A stretch of 64,000 nucleotides of DNA from Minisyncoccota bacterium. Lineage in GTDB: Bacteria; Patescibacteriota; Minisyncoccia; Phycocordibacterales; UBA9973. Position 1 is the first letter of the stretch. Each line of letters starts with the position of its first letter. Below are positions 41,516 to 51,163 of this stretch, one piece after another. The position numbers and the translations under genes are program-made. Location of the stretch: the NCBI GenBank assembly GCA_031972855.1, contig DALYDY010000001.1:26765-90764 (forward strand), written 5' to 3'. The notes beneath the pieces are model-generated. The model was not told where the DNA came from. It did no database searches and worked only from the letters and a program-made list of their open reading frames with translations.

Positions 41516-41773
41516 ATGGACGATATAACAAATATAAACACAGAACAAATGACACCTGAAAATAATAAAGGATTTTCAGAAAAACATCATCACTTTGTTC
41601 TATCACTAATAATCATTCTTGCAATAATAGGCGCTGGATGGTATTTGATAACATACAAACCTTGGGGAATGTTTGTAGAGCAAGAAGAAGTTCAACTCGA
41701 ACAACAAGAATCAGATCTAAGTTCATTAGATATAGATTTGGAAAGTATTGATATAGAAACATTGCCACAATAG
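41516..41773 (+). CDS. Small membrane protein
   Basis: 85 aa, one TM helix, acidic tail. Confidence 0.35.
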   Translation: MDDITNINTEQMTPENNKGFSEKHHHFVLSLIIILAIIGAGWYLITYKPWGMFVEQEEVQLEQQESDLSSLDIDLESIDIETLPQ

Positions 41774-41806
41774 TAAATAGTTTATAGTAACTAGAGATAT
41801 AGAGTA

Positions 41807-41847
41807 AAACCAACAGTGGGACCCGAAGGGTCCCACTGTTGGTTTTA
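41807..41847 (+). terminator. Rho-independent terminator (AAACCAACAGTGGGACCC-gaa-GGGTCCCACTGTTGGTTTT)
   Basis: About 18-bp perfect stem; same GTGGGACCC/GGGTCCCAC core as the rpmB terminator. Confidence 0.75.
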
Positions 41848-41902
41848 CATCCCCTTTCTGACCTCTTGCTCCTATTCACTTTTCACTATAGAATGTAGAT
41901 CT

Positions 41903-42958
41903 ATGCAACACGAAATCACAAAAAATAACGATAGTACTATTGATATTAAAGTAAGTATTCCTTGGGAAATGCTTGTAGAGGAGAAGCCTCATGCCCTAGC
42001 CGAACTTGGACAAAATGTCGAAGTTGATGGCTTCCGCAAAGGAAACGCTCCAAAAGAACTCGTAGAAAAAAACATAAAGCCAGCAATCCTTCTTGAAGTA
42101 ATGGCTGAGTATGCTGTAAACAAGGCATACATAAATATTCTAGAAAGTGACAAAATCGACACTATTGGTCGCCCTGAAGTTTTCTTCACTAAAATTGCTG
42201 AAGGTAACACTCTTGAATGTACAATCAAAACATCTGTACTTCCTGTTTTCGAACTTCCAAAATACAAAGTCCTCGCAAAAGAAATAAAGAAAGAAGACGC
42301 TATAAAAACAACAGATGAAGAACTAGAGAAAACAATGCAAGAACTCCGTGAAATGCGTGCTCACCAAAAACTTCACACACCTGTGGAAGAAGGTGGTCAC
42401 GGACATGATCACGATGACCACTCTCATGCACCAATAGAAGAAAAAGATCTTCCAGAAGTAAATGAAGAATTCGCAAAATCTTTTGGATTTGATACTGTAG
42501 AAAAATTAAAAGAGAAAATTGCTGAGAATATGGAAAAAGAAAAAGAAAACCGTGCTCACGAAAAATTCCGTATTGAGATAATGGAGAAGTTGGTATCAAA
42601 TACAGAAATGGCTATTCCTCCTGTTTTGATAGAAAGTGAAACAGATATGTTAATCGAAAGAATGAAGCACGATATCTCACAAATGGGACTTTCATTCGAT
42701 GACTATATGAAACACCTAGCAAAAGATGAAGAAACAATGAGAGAGGAGTTCAAAAAAGACGCAGAAAAGAGAATCAAGTCAAAACTCATAATTGATAGAA
42801 TCGCAAAAGAAGAGAAAATCACACCAGAACAAGAAGATGTTGACGCTAAGGTTGGAGATATAATGAAACAATACGCAGATGCAGACAAATTCCGTGCTGA
42901 AGCATATGTTACAGAACTTCTCACAACAGAAAAAGTATTCGAGTTTCTCACTAAGTAA
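41903..42958 (+). CDS. tig: Trigger factor (short form, apparently lacking the PPIase domain)
   Basis: Start at MQHEIT; ribosome-binding signature ..VDGFRKGNAPKELV.. in the N-domain, C-terminal helical arm domain; only about 352 aa. Confidence 0.75.
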   Translation: MQHEITKNNDSTIDIKVSIPWEMLVEEKPHALAELGQNVEVDGFRKGNAPKELVEKNIKPAILLEVMAEYAVNKAYINILESDKIDTIGRPEVFFTKIAEGNTLECTIKTSVLPVFELPKYKVLAKEIKKEDAIKTTDEELEKTMQELREMRAHQKLHTPVEEGGHGHDHDDHSHAPIEEKDLPEVNEEFAKSFGFDTVEKLKEKIAENMEKEKENRAHEKFRIEIMEKLVSNTEMAIPPVLIESETDMLIERMKHDISQMGLSFDDYMKHLAKDEETMREEFKKDAEKRIKSKLIIDRIAKEEKITPEQEDVDAKVGDIMKQYADADKFRAEAYVTELLTTEKVFEFLTK

Positions 42959-43032
42959 AAACATAAACGAAATAAGAAAAGCCTCCCCATAAAATATATT
43001 GGGGAGGCTTTTTAGTTTAGTTTAAAAAAGAA

Positions 43033-43536
43033 CTAGTTTTTAGAATCATGAATAACAGTAACTTTTTTATATGCCACATAAAGACAAGCATATCTACTAG
43101 CTTCTTCGCCGTGGAACAATCCTTCTTTATACCACCCATTATCATGAATCATTTGAATATCATTAAGTCCGTGAAGTACTGATTTATCTCTAAAGATTTC
43201 AAAATTTAAATCTTTCAATCTAAAATCATCACTCCAAAAACTTCTAGACAAGACAGCTGTTTCTCCAGAATCAAACTTAGATATGTTGTATACAACCAAT
43301 ATGTTGAGAGTATGATTTTCAATACTATCATACACAACAGTAACAATTCTTGAATTTTCATTAAACTTATCTATCATTTCGTAGTTTTTAACACCAGAGT
43401 ATAAAATAGGCATTAATACTATCATTCCAATTAAAAGAGTTATTATGCATATCCACTTCTTTAAACGCAAGAAGACTGGAATGCATATGATTGCTGAATA
43501 GCAAATTAAAAAAGAAGTTACGATTAATTTTTCCAT
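43033..43536 (-). CDS. Membrane protein, hypothetical
   Basis: 167 aa, two N-terminal TM helices. Confidence 0.4.
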   Translation of the reverse strand: MEKLIVTSFLICYSAIICIPVFLRLKKWICIITLLIGMIVLMPILYSGVKNYEMIDKFNENSRIVTVVYDSIENHTLNILVVYNISKFDSGETAVLSRSFWSDDFRLKDLNFEIFRDKSVLHGLNDIQMIHDNGWYKEGLFHGEEASRYACLYVAYKKVTVIHDSKN

Positions 43537-43566
43537 TGTTTTTTTTGTTTAATTGTAAAAAGTTTA

Positions 43567-44010
43567 CTAATTATATACTTCCCTAAATTTTTCCAATTCT
43601 GAAATTTTAGCATAAAAAACATTTAATAAATTCTCAATCATATTGAGCATTTCTTTGATTTCCTCTTGTCGATCATTAATCAACATCTCCTCATACTTAT
43701 TACGTAAGTTATTTTCTGTGGTTTGAAGACCATTCGGACTTACAATATTTTTTACAACCTGTAAAAGTTTATCGAGCTCGAGAATGTGATTTTGCTGATC
43801 TATCGGAAGAGTAGATAACGCTGGAATTTTTTTATGAAGGCGAACAAAAACCGTTGGCATTGGAATTGATACTAATTTTTGATAAAGCTGACCGAAACGG
43901 ATTGCCTGATTGATTTTACTTCCTTTATATTCTTCAAGGAAATATATGAAGTGTGCCATCAATCCCAGATTTTTGTAGTAATGCTGAAAATGTCCAAGTA
44001 GTGTATTCAT
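43567..44010 (-). CDS. Hypothetical protein
   Basis: 147 aa. Confidence 0.4.
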   Translation of the reverse strand: MNTLLGHFQHYYKNLGLMAHFIYFLEEYKGSKINQAIRFGQLYQKLVSIPMPTVFVRLHKKIPALSTLPIDQQNHILELDKLLQVVKNIVSPNGLQTTENNLRNKYEEMLINDRQEEIKEMLNMIENLLNVFYAKISELEKFREVYN

Positions 44011-44030
44011 TTTGTTTTTTATTTAATTGT

Positions 44031-44438
44031 TTAACATTCACACACAAAAGCTTCTTCTGTATTGAAATACTTTTTTGTAAATTCAAACGCTTTCTCAACA
44101 GAAAAAGGTTTGCAAGTATAACAATCAACAGTAATAAAATGATGTCCATTTTTTGTAAATTTTTTGTCATATGAATACACATGACATCCAGAAGTTACCC
44201 AATGGATCCATCCTCCATATCCAACGAGCTTTTTACCTTTCATTGCCGGATAAGCAAAAGGATTTTGTAAGACATTCATTTTTACTATTTTGGAAAGTTT
44301 CCACATGAAGTCTTTTATTTCTTCTTCATTAGCAAGATAATCAACATTTGCTTCAATCTTTATCCTTTGACGACACAATAGTGGTGCCAAATCCCTCCAT
44401 TTTGGAAGTTTTTTGTTATTTTTTATTGTTTTTTTCAT
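44031..44438 (-). CDS. Possible pyruvoyl-dependent S-adenosylmethionine decarboxylase-like protein
   Basis: 135 aa; ..GYGGWIHWVTSGCHVYSY.. and ..FITVDCYTCK.. loosely resemble the ..SGVVVISESHLTIHTWPE.. / ..IDLFTCG.. blocks of bacterial SpeH-type AdoMetDC. Confidence 0.3.
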   Translation of the reverse strand: MKKTIKNNKKLPKWRDLAPLLCRQRIKIEANVDYLANEEEIKDFMWKLSKIVKMNVLQNPFAYPAMKGKKLVGYGGWIHWVTSGCHVYSYDKKFTKNGHHFITVDCYTCKPFSVEKAFEFTKKYFNTEEAFVCEC

Positions 44439-44565
44439 TTGTTAAGTAATTTGTTTCTAGACACATTATGCAATATATTAGTATATATGTCTATTTATAT
44501 AGTTATTTTAGTATAAAAGTAAATAAAAAGTTGACTTTTAATTGACTTTTTAATATAATCATTTA

Positions 44566-45390
44566 ATGATTTATAATCCGAAAAATATAGAGGAATATGT
44601 TCTATTCTTCCTCCAAAAAGGATCTATAAAAACTTCTGAATTACTAAAAAATATAGGTGGGAAACGCCCAGGCACAACAAAGCAAGCGTTGTATAAAGTA
44701 ATTACAAAATTAAAAGAAGATGAAGTAATAGTGGTGAGAAGTAAGTACATTTCCCTATCTCATTTATGGATAAATAAAATGAGTGAATATTTCAATACAG
44801 CTAAACGTCTCTATACAACAGAAGGTGCGCCCAGTGAAGATTTCCTACAATTAGAAGATGGTGACAAAATAACTTACACATTCAAAAACCCAAACATTAC
44901 AGATATGTTTTGGGGACATGCTTTTAGTATTCTTTCAGAAATAACAGACAAACCTATTTGTTTGTATAATCCTCACGAGTGGTTTCTTCTTGGAAGATAT
45001 GAGAGTGAGAGGAAAATATTTGATGATATAAAAAGCAGAGATAAAAAATTGTTTTTACTCACCTCAAACAAAGACGAGTTGGACAAAAGTGTTTCAAAAG
45101 AATTTGATAATAAGAATCTTTTCTATTATATGCTTGGAGAAAATATATTTGATAAAGATAATTATTACTTAAATATATTCGATGATTTTATTATTGAAGT
45201 ATGGATAGATAAAAAAACCTCTGATCTAATTGATATTTTTTATAAAGAACACAAAGTGTTCAACGAAGAAGCAGGAGAAAAATTAAAAGATATTTTAGAA
45301 AAAAGAGGAAAAAATAAAATGGTAATTTCTAGAAATAAACGTAAAGCTGATAAATTACATAGAATATTTAAAAAGTATTTTGTATTGTAA
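44566..45390 (+). CDS. Hypothetical protein (possible N-terminal winged-helix)
   Basis: 274 aa. Confidence 0.35.
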   Translation: MIYNPKNIEEYVLFFLQKGSIKTSELLKNIGGKRPGTTKQALYKVITKLKEDEVIVVRSKYISLSHLWINKMSEYFNTAKRLYTTEGAPSEDFLQLEDGDKITYTFKNPNITDMFWGHAFSILSEITDKPICLYNPHEWFLLGRYESERKIFDDIKSRDKKLFLLTSNKDELDKSVSKEFDNKNLFYYMLGENIFDKDNYYLNIFDDFIIEVWIDKKTSDLIDIFYKEHKVFNEEAGEKLKDILEKRGKNKMVISRNKRKADKLHRIFKKYFVL

Positions 45391-45421
45391 AACGAGCTTT
45401 TTTAGGCTAATATAAAAACAT

Positions 45422-46006
45422 ATGTTAATCCCAACAGTAATCGAAAAAACAATGAATGGTGAGAGAGCTTATGATATATACTCTCGCCTTTTGAATGAAC
45501 GTATTATATTCCTCGGTGGCCCAATCGATGACCATGTCGCAAACCTCATCATTGCCCAACTTCTCTTCCTCGAACACACAGATCCTAAGAAAGATATTTC
45601 TTTATATATCAATTCTCCAGGAGGACAGATCCAATCAGGACTCGCGATTCTAGACACTATGAACCATATTAAATGTGATGTATCTACTATATGTGTCGGA
45701 ATGGCAGCTTCTATGGGTGCAGTAATTCTCTCAGCCGGGAAAAAAGGTAAGAGATTTGTTCTTCCAAATTCTGAAGTTATGATTCACCAGCCTCTCACAG
45801 GTATCGAGGGACAGGCTTCAGATATAGAAATCACAGCCAAGCATATTTTGAAACTCAAAGAAAATCTATATAAGATACTCGCGAAGAATACAGGTAAACC
45901 ATATACACAAGTAGAAAAGGACGGTGACCGCGACTACTGGATGGATGCAGAAGAATCAAAGAAGTATGGAATCATTGATGAAATATTGAGTAAGAATAAA
46001 AAATAA
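45422..46006 (+). CDS. clpP: ATP-dependent Clp protease proteolytic subunit
   Basis: ..[22 protein letters not shown].., ..GMAASMGA.., ..MIHQP catalytic Ser/His context. Confidence 0.93.
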   Translation: MLIPTVIEKTMNGERAYDIYSRLLNERIIFLGGPIDDHVANLIIAQLLFLEHTDPKKDISLYINSPGGQIQSGLAILDTMNHIKCDVSTICVGMAASMGAVILSAGKKGKRFVLPNSEVMIHQPLTGIEGQASDIEITAKHILKLKENLYKILAKNTGKPYTQVEKDGDRDYWMDAEESKKYGIIDEILSKNKK

Positions 46007-46060
46007 ATTCCAGAATAAAAGCCCCGACATTTGATCGGGGCTTTTTGATTAAATATTTTT

Positions 46061-46489
46061 TTAACCAATCTCGCCTGTTCCTTGGTATCCTTTTTTTTCT
46101 AATTCAATTTGTTTTTGGATTCTAAGTTTGTTGTAATAATTTTGAAATATATATCCAAAAATTAAACCTATTCCCAAAAAAATTAGAAGAGAGCCCACAG
46201 AAGTGTATGCTGGTAAAGATGATCTAAAAAACCCATAAAGCCAAAACGGCAGTGCAACAGTAACAAGTACAAGAGAGTATGTTTCTGCTGGTCTCTTTCT
46301 TTTTTGTGTTCTATAGTAAATAATACAAAAAACATCAAGTCCTACAAGAAAAGAACTACCCCAAACACCACGAACGTACTCATTGGAAGCCCATTCATTA
46401 GTTGCAATTTGGTAAACACCAACCAAAATCAGTATTGTACCTAAAACAAGAAATATATTTTTCATTTTAATAAAGAATTTATTAGACAT
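46061..46489 (-). CDS. Membrane protein, hypothetical
   Basis: 142 aa, 4 TM helices. Confidence 0.4.
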   Translation of the reverse strand: MSNKFFIKMKNIFLVLGTILILVGVYQIATNEWASNEYVRGVWGSSFLVGLDVFCIIYYRTQKRKRPAETYSLVLVTVALPFWLYGFFRSSLPAYTSVGSLLIFLGIGLIFGYIFQNYYNKLRIQKQIELEKKGYQGTGEIG

Positions 46490-46551
46490 ACAATATACTT
46501 TGTAAAATAGAATGTCAAATAATAAAAACCAGACTTGAAGTCTGGTTTTTA

Positions 46552-46908
46552 TTATTCTAAATTATCTTTTATATCAGATAGTAATTCTTTTGTTTTGTTC
46601 AAAACCTCACCCAAAGTTTTACAATCTGACTCTCTTAATTCATTCCAAAAAGAGTCAACTTTTTCACTAGGCAGTATCAACTTACTGTGCCAGAAAAATA
46701 TTCTAGAAAATTCTTCTATCCACTTTTCATCGTCAGAAAAGTACAAAAGACTAGATCCTTCCCCACCAAACATAACTTCTTTATCAAGAGAATCAATCAT
46801 TGTCTCTTCTAAAATTTTTATCTTTTCAAAAGGATTTTCCAAAGAAGTATCTTCAAATGCTTTTTTGACGAAATCATTATTTTCTACCGGTTCAATTTGT
46901 TCATTCAT
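46552..46908 (-). CDS. Acidic hypothetical protein
   Basis: 118 aa. Confidence 0.35.
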   Translation of the reverse strand: MNEQIEPVENNDFVKKAFEDTSLENPFEKIKILEETMIDSLDKEVMFGGEGSSLLYFSDDEKWIEEFSRIFFWHSKLILPSEKVDSFWNELRESDCKTLGEVLNKTKELLSDIKDNLE

Positions 46909-47092
46909 AATATATATATTAGAGTTTTATATATAATTATTATATATTAAATTATTTTAATACTAAAATAGACATTTTTTAATTTATATATTATAGTGTG
47001 TATGTTACTTAATTAATCTTCCGATTTTTTGTACTCCCCGACTCTCCACCCACGATCGTCACTTTTGTACAAGAAAATGGATATTTGAAAAT

Positions 47093-48619
47093 ATGAAAAC
47101 AGAAATAATTATAGGAGCGATTGGTCTCCTAGGTCTTGGAGGTTTCCTAGGATACTATCTAAGACATTTAAAATCCCTAGCAACACGTGGAAGTCTCGAA
47201 CTCGAAATAAAACAAATACTGATAGATGCAAAAGAAGAAGCAAACAAAATAACAGACGAAGCAAGAAGAAAATCAGAAGAAAAAGAAGAGGAAGTGCGCA
47301 CACTAGAGCGTGAGACGTCAGACAAATTAAAACATACAGAAACTCGTCTTATAAAGAAAGAGGAGCTTCTTGATGCGCGCCAAACAGAAATCGACCGTGA
47401 AGGTGAACATTTGAAGATGCAAGCAGAAGATATTCGCAGAATAAAAGAGAAGGTTGAAGCCAATAAACTCGAAAGTGAAGATAAACTCGAGAAGATTGCT
47501 CGTCTTACACGCAGTGAAGCTCGCGATGAAATAATTCGTCAAACAGAAAATTCATACAGTGAAGATATTCTTTCTCGTATGCAAAAGCTCGAACGTGACG
47601 GCGAAGAAAGGCTCACTCGTCGTGCAAAAGAAATAATGGCGACAACAATCGAAAGACTTGCCTCTTCTACAGCAAACGAATTCATGACTACAACAGTCAC
47701 TATTCCATCTGAAGACATAAAAGGTAAGATTATCGGTAAAGAAGGTAGAAATATTCGTACATTCGAACGTGAAGCAGGAGTTGAACTCATAGTGGACGAT
47801 ACACCAGGAGCAATAATTATCTCATCATTCGACCCTATTCGTCGCCACATTGCATCACTCGCCCTCCAAAACTTGATCAAAGATGGACGTATCCAGCCAG
47901 CAAAAATAGAAGAAATGATTGCAAGAGCAAAAGAAGAAATCCAAAAAACAATGAAAGAAGAAGGAGAAAAAGCTGTGTTTGAATGTGGACTCTTCAATCT
48001 TGATCCTCGTGTTGTACAAGTTCTAGGACGCCTTCATTTCCGTACAAGTTATGGTCAAAATGTCTTGAAACACTCTATAGAAATGACTCACATTGCAGGA
48101 ATGCTCGCGTCTGAACTAGGTGGTGATGTAGCAATAGCAAAAGCTGGCGCTCTAGTACACGATATTGGTAAAGCTCTCGATCATGAAGTAGAAGGGACAC
48201 ATATTGATATTGGAATCCGTATCCTTCAGAAATACAATACAGACAAGAGGATTATCGATGCGATGAAGTCTCACCACAATGACTGCCCTCACGAATCAAT
48301 CGAAGCAGTTATCGTCCAAACGGCTGACCATATCTCAGGAGGACGCCCAGGTGCACGTCGTGACACAGCTGAGAACTACTTGAAACGTCTCGGTGAACTC
48401 GAAGCATTAGTTAATTCATTCCCTGGAATCGAGAAGTCATATGCTCTCCAAGCTGGACGTGAAATTAGAATATTCGTTTCTCCAGAAAAAGTTACAGACA
48501 TCGAAGCGAAGAAACTTACAAAAAACATCGCTGATAAAATAGAAAAAGAATTGAAATATCCAGGCGAAATAAAAGTTACAATGATAAGAGAAAGTCGAGT
48601 GATTGAATATGCAAGATAA
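47093..48619 (+). CDS. rny: Ribonuclease Y
   Basis: 508 aa; N-terminal TM, coiled coil, KH domain (..GKIIGKEGRNIR..), HD domain (..HDIGK..); terminator 48628-48653. Confidence 0.9.
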   Translation: MKTEIIIGAIGLLGLGGFLGYYLRHLKSLATRGSLELEIKQILIDAKEEANKITDEARRKSEEKEEEVRTLERETSDKLKHTETRLIKKEELLDARQTEIDREGEHLKMQAEDIRRIKEKVEANKLESEDKLEKIARLTRSEARDEIIRQTENSYSEDILSRMQKLERDGEERLTRRAKEIMATTIERLASSTANEFMTTTVTIPSEDIKGKIIGKEGRNIRTFEREAGVELIVDDTPGAIIISSFDPIRRHIASLALQNLIKDGRIQPAKIEEMIARAKEEIQKTMKEEGEKAVFECGLFNLDPRVVQVLGRLHFRTSYGQNVLKHSIEMTHIAGMLASELGGDVAIAKAGALVHDIGKALDHEVEGTHIDIGIRILQKYNTDKRIIDAMKSHHNDCPHESIEAVIVQTADHISGGRPGARRDTAENYLKRLGELEALVNSFPGIEKSYALQAGREIRIFVSPEKVTDIEAKKLTKNIADKIEKELKYPGEIKVTMIRESRVIEYAR

Positions 48620-48672
48620 ATAAAAAAGAAAACCTCCGTTTGGAGGTTTTTTTGTTGGAGGGCAAAAATAAT

Positions 48673-49080
48673 TTATCTTTTATTCCAGATTATGTATTTG
48701 TATGAAACATCTTCAAATGTGAAAGTGAAGTATGATTCATCATTTTCTTCTGGAGCTCCACACATAGGAACGTCAGCATAACAACCATATTCTTTACATC
48801 CTTCAAAGATTACAAATCCAAGGATACAAGCTCTTGTGAGAGAATCCGAAGAACCATCAAATGATTCATTGGAATAAAAGTGAGTTTTGTCTTTTGTTCT
48901 AGGTTTGTAGCCTAGCTCCACCTTTCTTCCATTTTCACGGATGAATAACGGATCAACAGTTTCACCACTTTTGCTTTTCAAAAATTTATTTAAGGTGTCA
49001 AAGCATTCTTGCATGTTTTTAACCAAATATTGGTTATTCATACTAAAGTTTGGTTCTAAATTAATTACTTTTTCTGTCAT
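48673..49080 (-). CDS. Hypothetical protein
   Basis: Start placed at MTEKV (49080); the ORF-track N-terminal extension overlaps the 57-bp repeat and is probably leader or promoter. Confidence 0.4.
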   Translation of the reverse strand: MTEKVINLEPNFSMNNQYLVKNMQECFDTLNKFLKSKSGETVDPLFIRENGRKVELGYKPRTKDKTHFYSNESFDGSSDSLTRACILGFVIFEGCKEYGCYADVPMCGAPEENDESYFTFTFEDVSYKYIIWNKR

Positions 49081-49108
49081 TTTATTTTTATTTAATTTTG
49101 GTTTTTTA

Positions 49109-49165
49109 TTTAAAGAACAATTCATTTTCAAAATTCGAACGTAATTCAAATTCTGAAAAATGTGG
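49109..49165. repeat. 57-bp perfect direct repeat, copy 1
   Basis: TTTAAAGAACAATTCATTTTCAAAATTCGAACGTAATTCAAATTCTGAAAAATGTGG, identical to 53416-53472. Confidence 0.9.
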
Positions 49166-49174
49166 GCGATTTTA

Positions 49175-49333
49175 TTATTCGGATCGCCCGTTTTCCTTTT
49201 TCTTCCTAGAGTAAGTTTTTTTACTCTTAAAAGTCTTTTCGGACTTAATTCCGCGGAAGATTTCGCGAGATTCTCTACGACCCTTATTCACATGGTCGAT
49301 TTTAATAACGATCTTCATATCTCTTTTTGCCAT
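49175..49333 (-). CDS. Small basic protein (52 aa)
   Basis: MAKRDMKIVIKIDHVNKGRRESREIFRG..; found by manual translation; conserved promoter-like box upstream. Confidence 0.3.
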   Translation of the reverse strand: MAKRDMKIVIKIDHVNKGRRESREIFRGIKSEKTFKSKKTYSRKKKENGRSE

Positions 49334-49453
49334 CTTGTTTTTATTTTATTGTTTCACAAAATATTTATTTTCTCAACAGAACCTCGAAACAGTATTCGAA
49401 ACCCTGATAAAGAAAAGGAGGTGGAGGACCTCCTTTTGTAAAATAGGTACTAT

Positions 49454-49603
49454 TTACCTTATTTTACTGAATTTAATTTCATCTAGCCGATTAGTGGCTT
49501 GAGTAAATTTATAATTCTTTTTTTGTTCTGGTTTTGGTTTTGGCAAATTAATTTTACCAACAATTTTTAAGCCAGGTAAAACTTTAGTATTTATATTTTC
49601 CAT
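49454..49603 (-). CDS. Small protein (49 aa)
   Basis: MENINTKVLPGLKIVGKINLPKPKPEQ..; conserved promoter-like box (AAATAGTGATTTGAAAGT) about 45 bp upstream. Confidence 0.3.
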   Translation of the reverse strand: MENINTKVLPGLKIVGKINLPKPKPEQKKNYKFTQATNRLDEIKFSKIR

Positions 49604-49814
49604 TTTATATTTATTTTTATTTACAGAACAATCCTACTTTCAAATCACTATTTGGAATACTTATAGCAAGCAAATACTGATTTGAAAAATGGAGGGGAAC
49701 TCGTGCTCCCCTATTTTTTGATTTATTTGTTTTCAAGATGTTTACTCATCTTAACCAGCGATTTCACTTACTTCCTTCAGTGAGTATCTTGTTTGGATTT
49801 TTCCACGAAATAAG

Positions 49815-50054
49815 CTAACTAGGATAAAAATTACTAATTTTATTTTCCAATTTGTTACTGTAACGATGTTTTATTGTTAGACGAATTTTCATCTCTAATA
49901 TTCTTACTGGCAAACACCTATAACATGAACAATCTTGTAAGTAATCCCTATCATCATAATCATCTTCGTACATCCATTCACTTTCGTATATGTATGCATC
50001 TTTGATTATTTTAGCTACTTTTTCTAGTTCCTGGTTTCTTTCATACTTTTTCAT
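49815..50054 (-). CDS. Small hypothetical protein
   Basis: Start set at MKKYERNQ (the ORF-track start at 50096 is a TTG); conserved upstream box. Confidence 0.4.
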   Translation of the reverse strand: MKKYERNQELEKVAKIIKDAYIYESEWMYEDDYDDRDYLQDCSCYRCLPVRILEMKIRLTIKHRYSNKLENKISNFYPS

Positions 50055-50227
50055 GTTTGTGAATTTAGTCTTGCAACTACACCCACAATGAATCAAATTT
50101 CTTTTTCATGTTTTATTTAATTGTTTTAAGAACTCTTCACTATCAAACCACTATTTTAAAATAATAATCTGAACAATGAAGGAAAGATTTTTAAATCTTT
50201 CCTTTCTAATATTGAGTATTAGTACTC

Positions 50228-50611
50228 TTAAATCCAATCTCTAAATACCTCGCGAAATAAATAATCATCAAAATCTAAACCATAATCACATTTCTGTGGT
50301 AAATTCTCGCACATTTTTTTAAACACTTCCAAGATAGCATTTTCTGTCACACTGTCTCTCGATCCAAAATTAGTAATCATCCAATCACTTTCGTTATACA
50401 GATAAACTTGACACAAGGGCTCGAATGGTTGTTGCCAATCATTCTTTGGTCTTTCTTGAATGTATTCTTCTATTTCGTCAAGAAAATTATTTAGATAGAG
50501 GTTTTCATCTATGGGAATATCCCACATTTTAATGTCTTCAGAATGATTGTAAATCTTTCCAGATTCAATTTTTACATTCATTTTAGAGATTCTTATTTTA
50601 ATTGTTGCCAT
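50228..50611 (-). CDS. Hypothetical acidic protein
   Basis: 127 aa; conserved upstream box and own terminator. Confidence 0.45.
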   Translation of the reverse strand: MATIKIRISKMNVKIESGKIYNHSEDIKMWDIPIDENLYLNNFLDEIEEYIQERPKNDWQQPFEPLCQVYLYNESDWMITNFGSRDSVTENAILEVFKKMCENLPQKCDYGLDFDDYLFREVFRDWI

Positions 50612-50721
50612 AATATTTTTTTATTTTGTTTAATAAAAAAAATAAAAATATTTATGAAGATATTTTAAAGAACATTTATCTCTATCAATTTCCAAAAAAT
50701 TTTAGAAACTGAATAAAGAGG

Positions 50722-51160
50722 GAAAGTATTAATCAATTTGAAAAATACTTTCCCATTGCCGGATTTACGGCTGTTGAATTTGCTCGGGTAACGGAAACAT
50801 AAATTACATTTCCGTAAACCCAAGCGCTCATCACTTTACGTAGTAACCTCGGTCCGCAGTCCTCTTCAAAAATTCCCGCTCGGAACTTCTAAGTCGATGG
50901 ACAAAAATTGAACAAGGTCCCTGTCGAGCAACAGGTGTGGACATGGGCTCCACAATTTGAGACCGCAAACATAAAGTTTGTGATCTCAAAAATGGAGGCG
51001 AACAGGTGTTCGCCAGAATATAGAGAGGATAAAATCACTTTTCTCCCGGGCCAGTGTTTTGGATAACACTGGGCCAGGATCTTCTGTTGCCAATCGGTTA
51101 CTCTTGCTATCGAGTAATGTGAGACCGATCCGAATCGTCGTGTGTGCCTTTCGACTCAAA
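50722..51160 (-). ncRNA. GC-rich structured non-coding segment directly 3' of rsr; candidate Rsr-associated (Y-RNA-like) RNA
   Basis: No ORF; local GC well above the surroundings; several perfect hairpins (GGCCCAGTGTTATCCAAAACACTGGGCC, GAGATCACAAACTTTATGTTTGCGGTCTC, ACGGAAA..TTTCCGT); contains one copy of an about 80-nt module duplicated at 53.3 kb. Confidence 0.45.
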
Positions 51161-51163
51161 GCT

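Noticed and set aside
49160-49441. 93-aa plus-strand ORF
   Set aside because: Overlaps the better-supported minus-strand 52-aa gene and the conserved box; hydrophobic low-complexity translation
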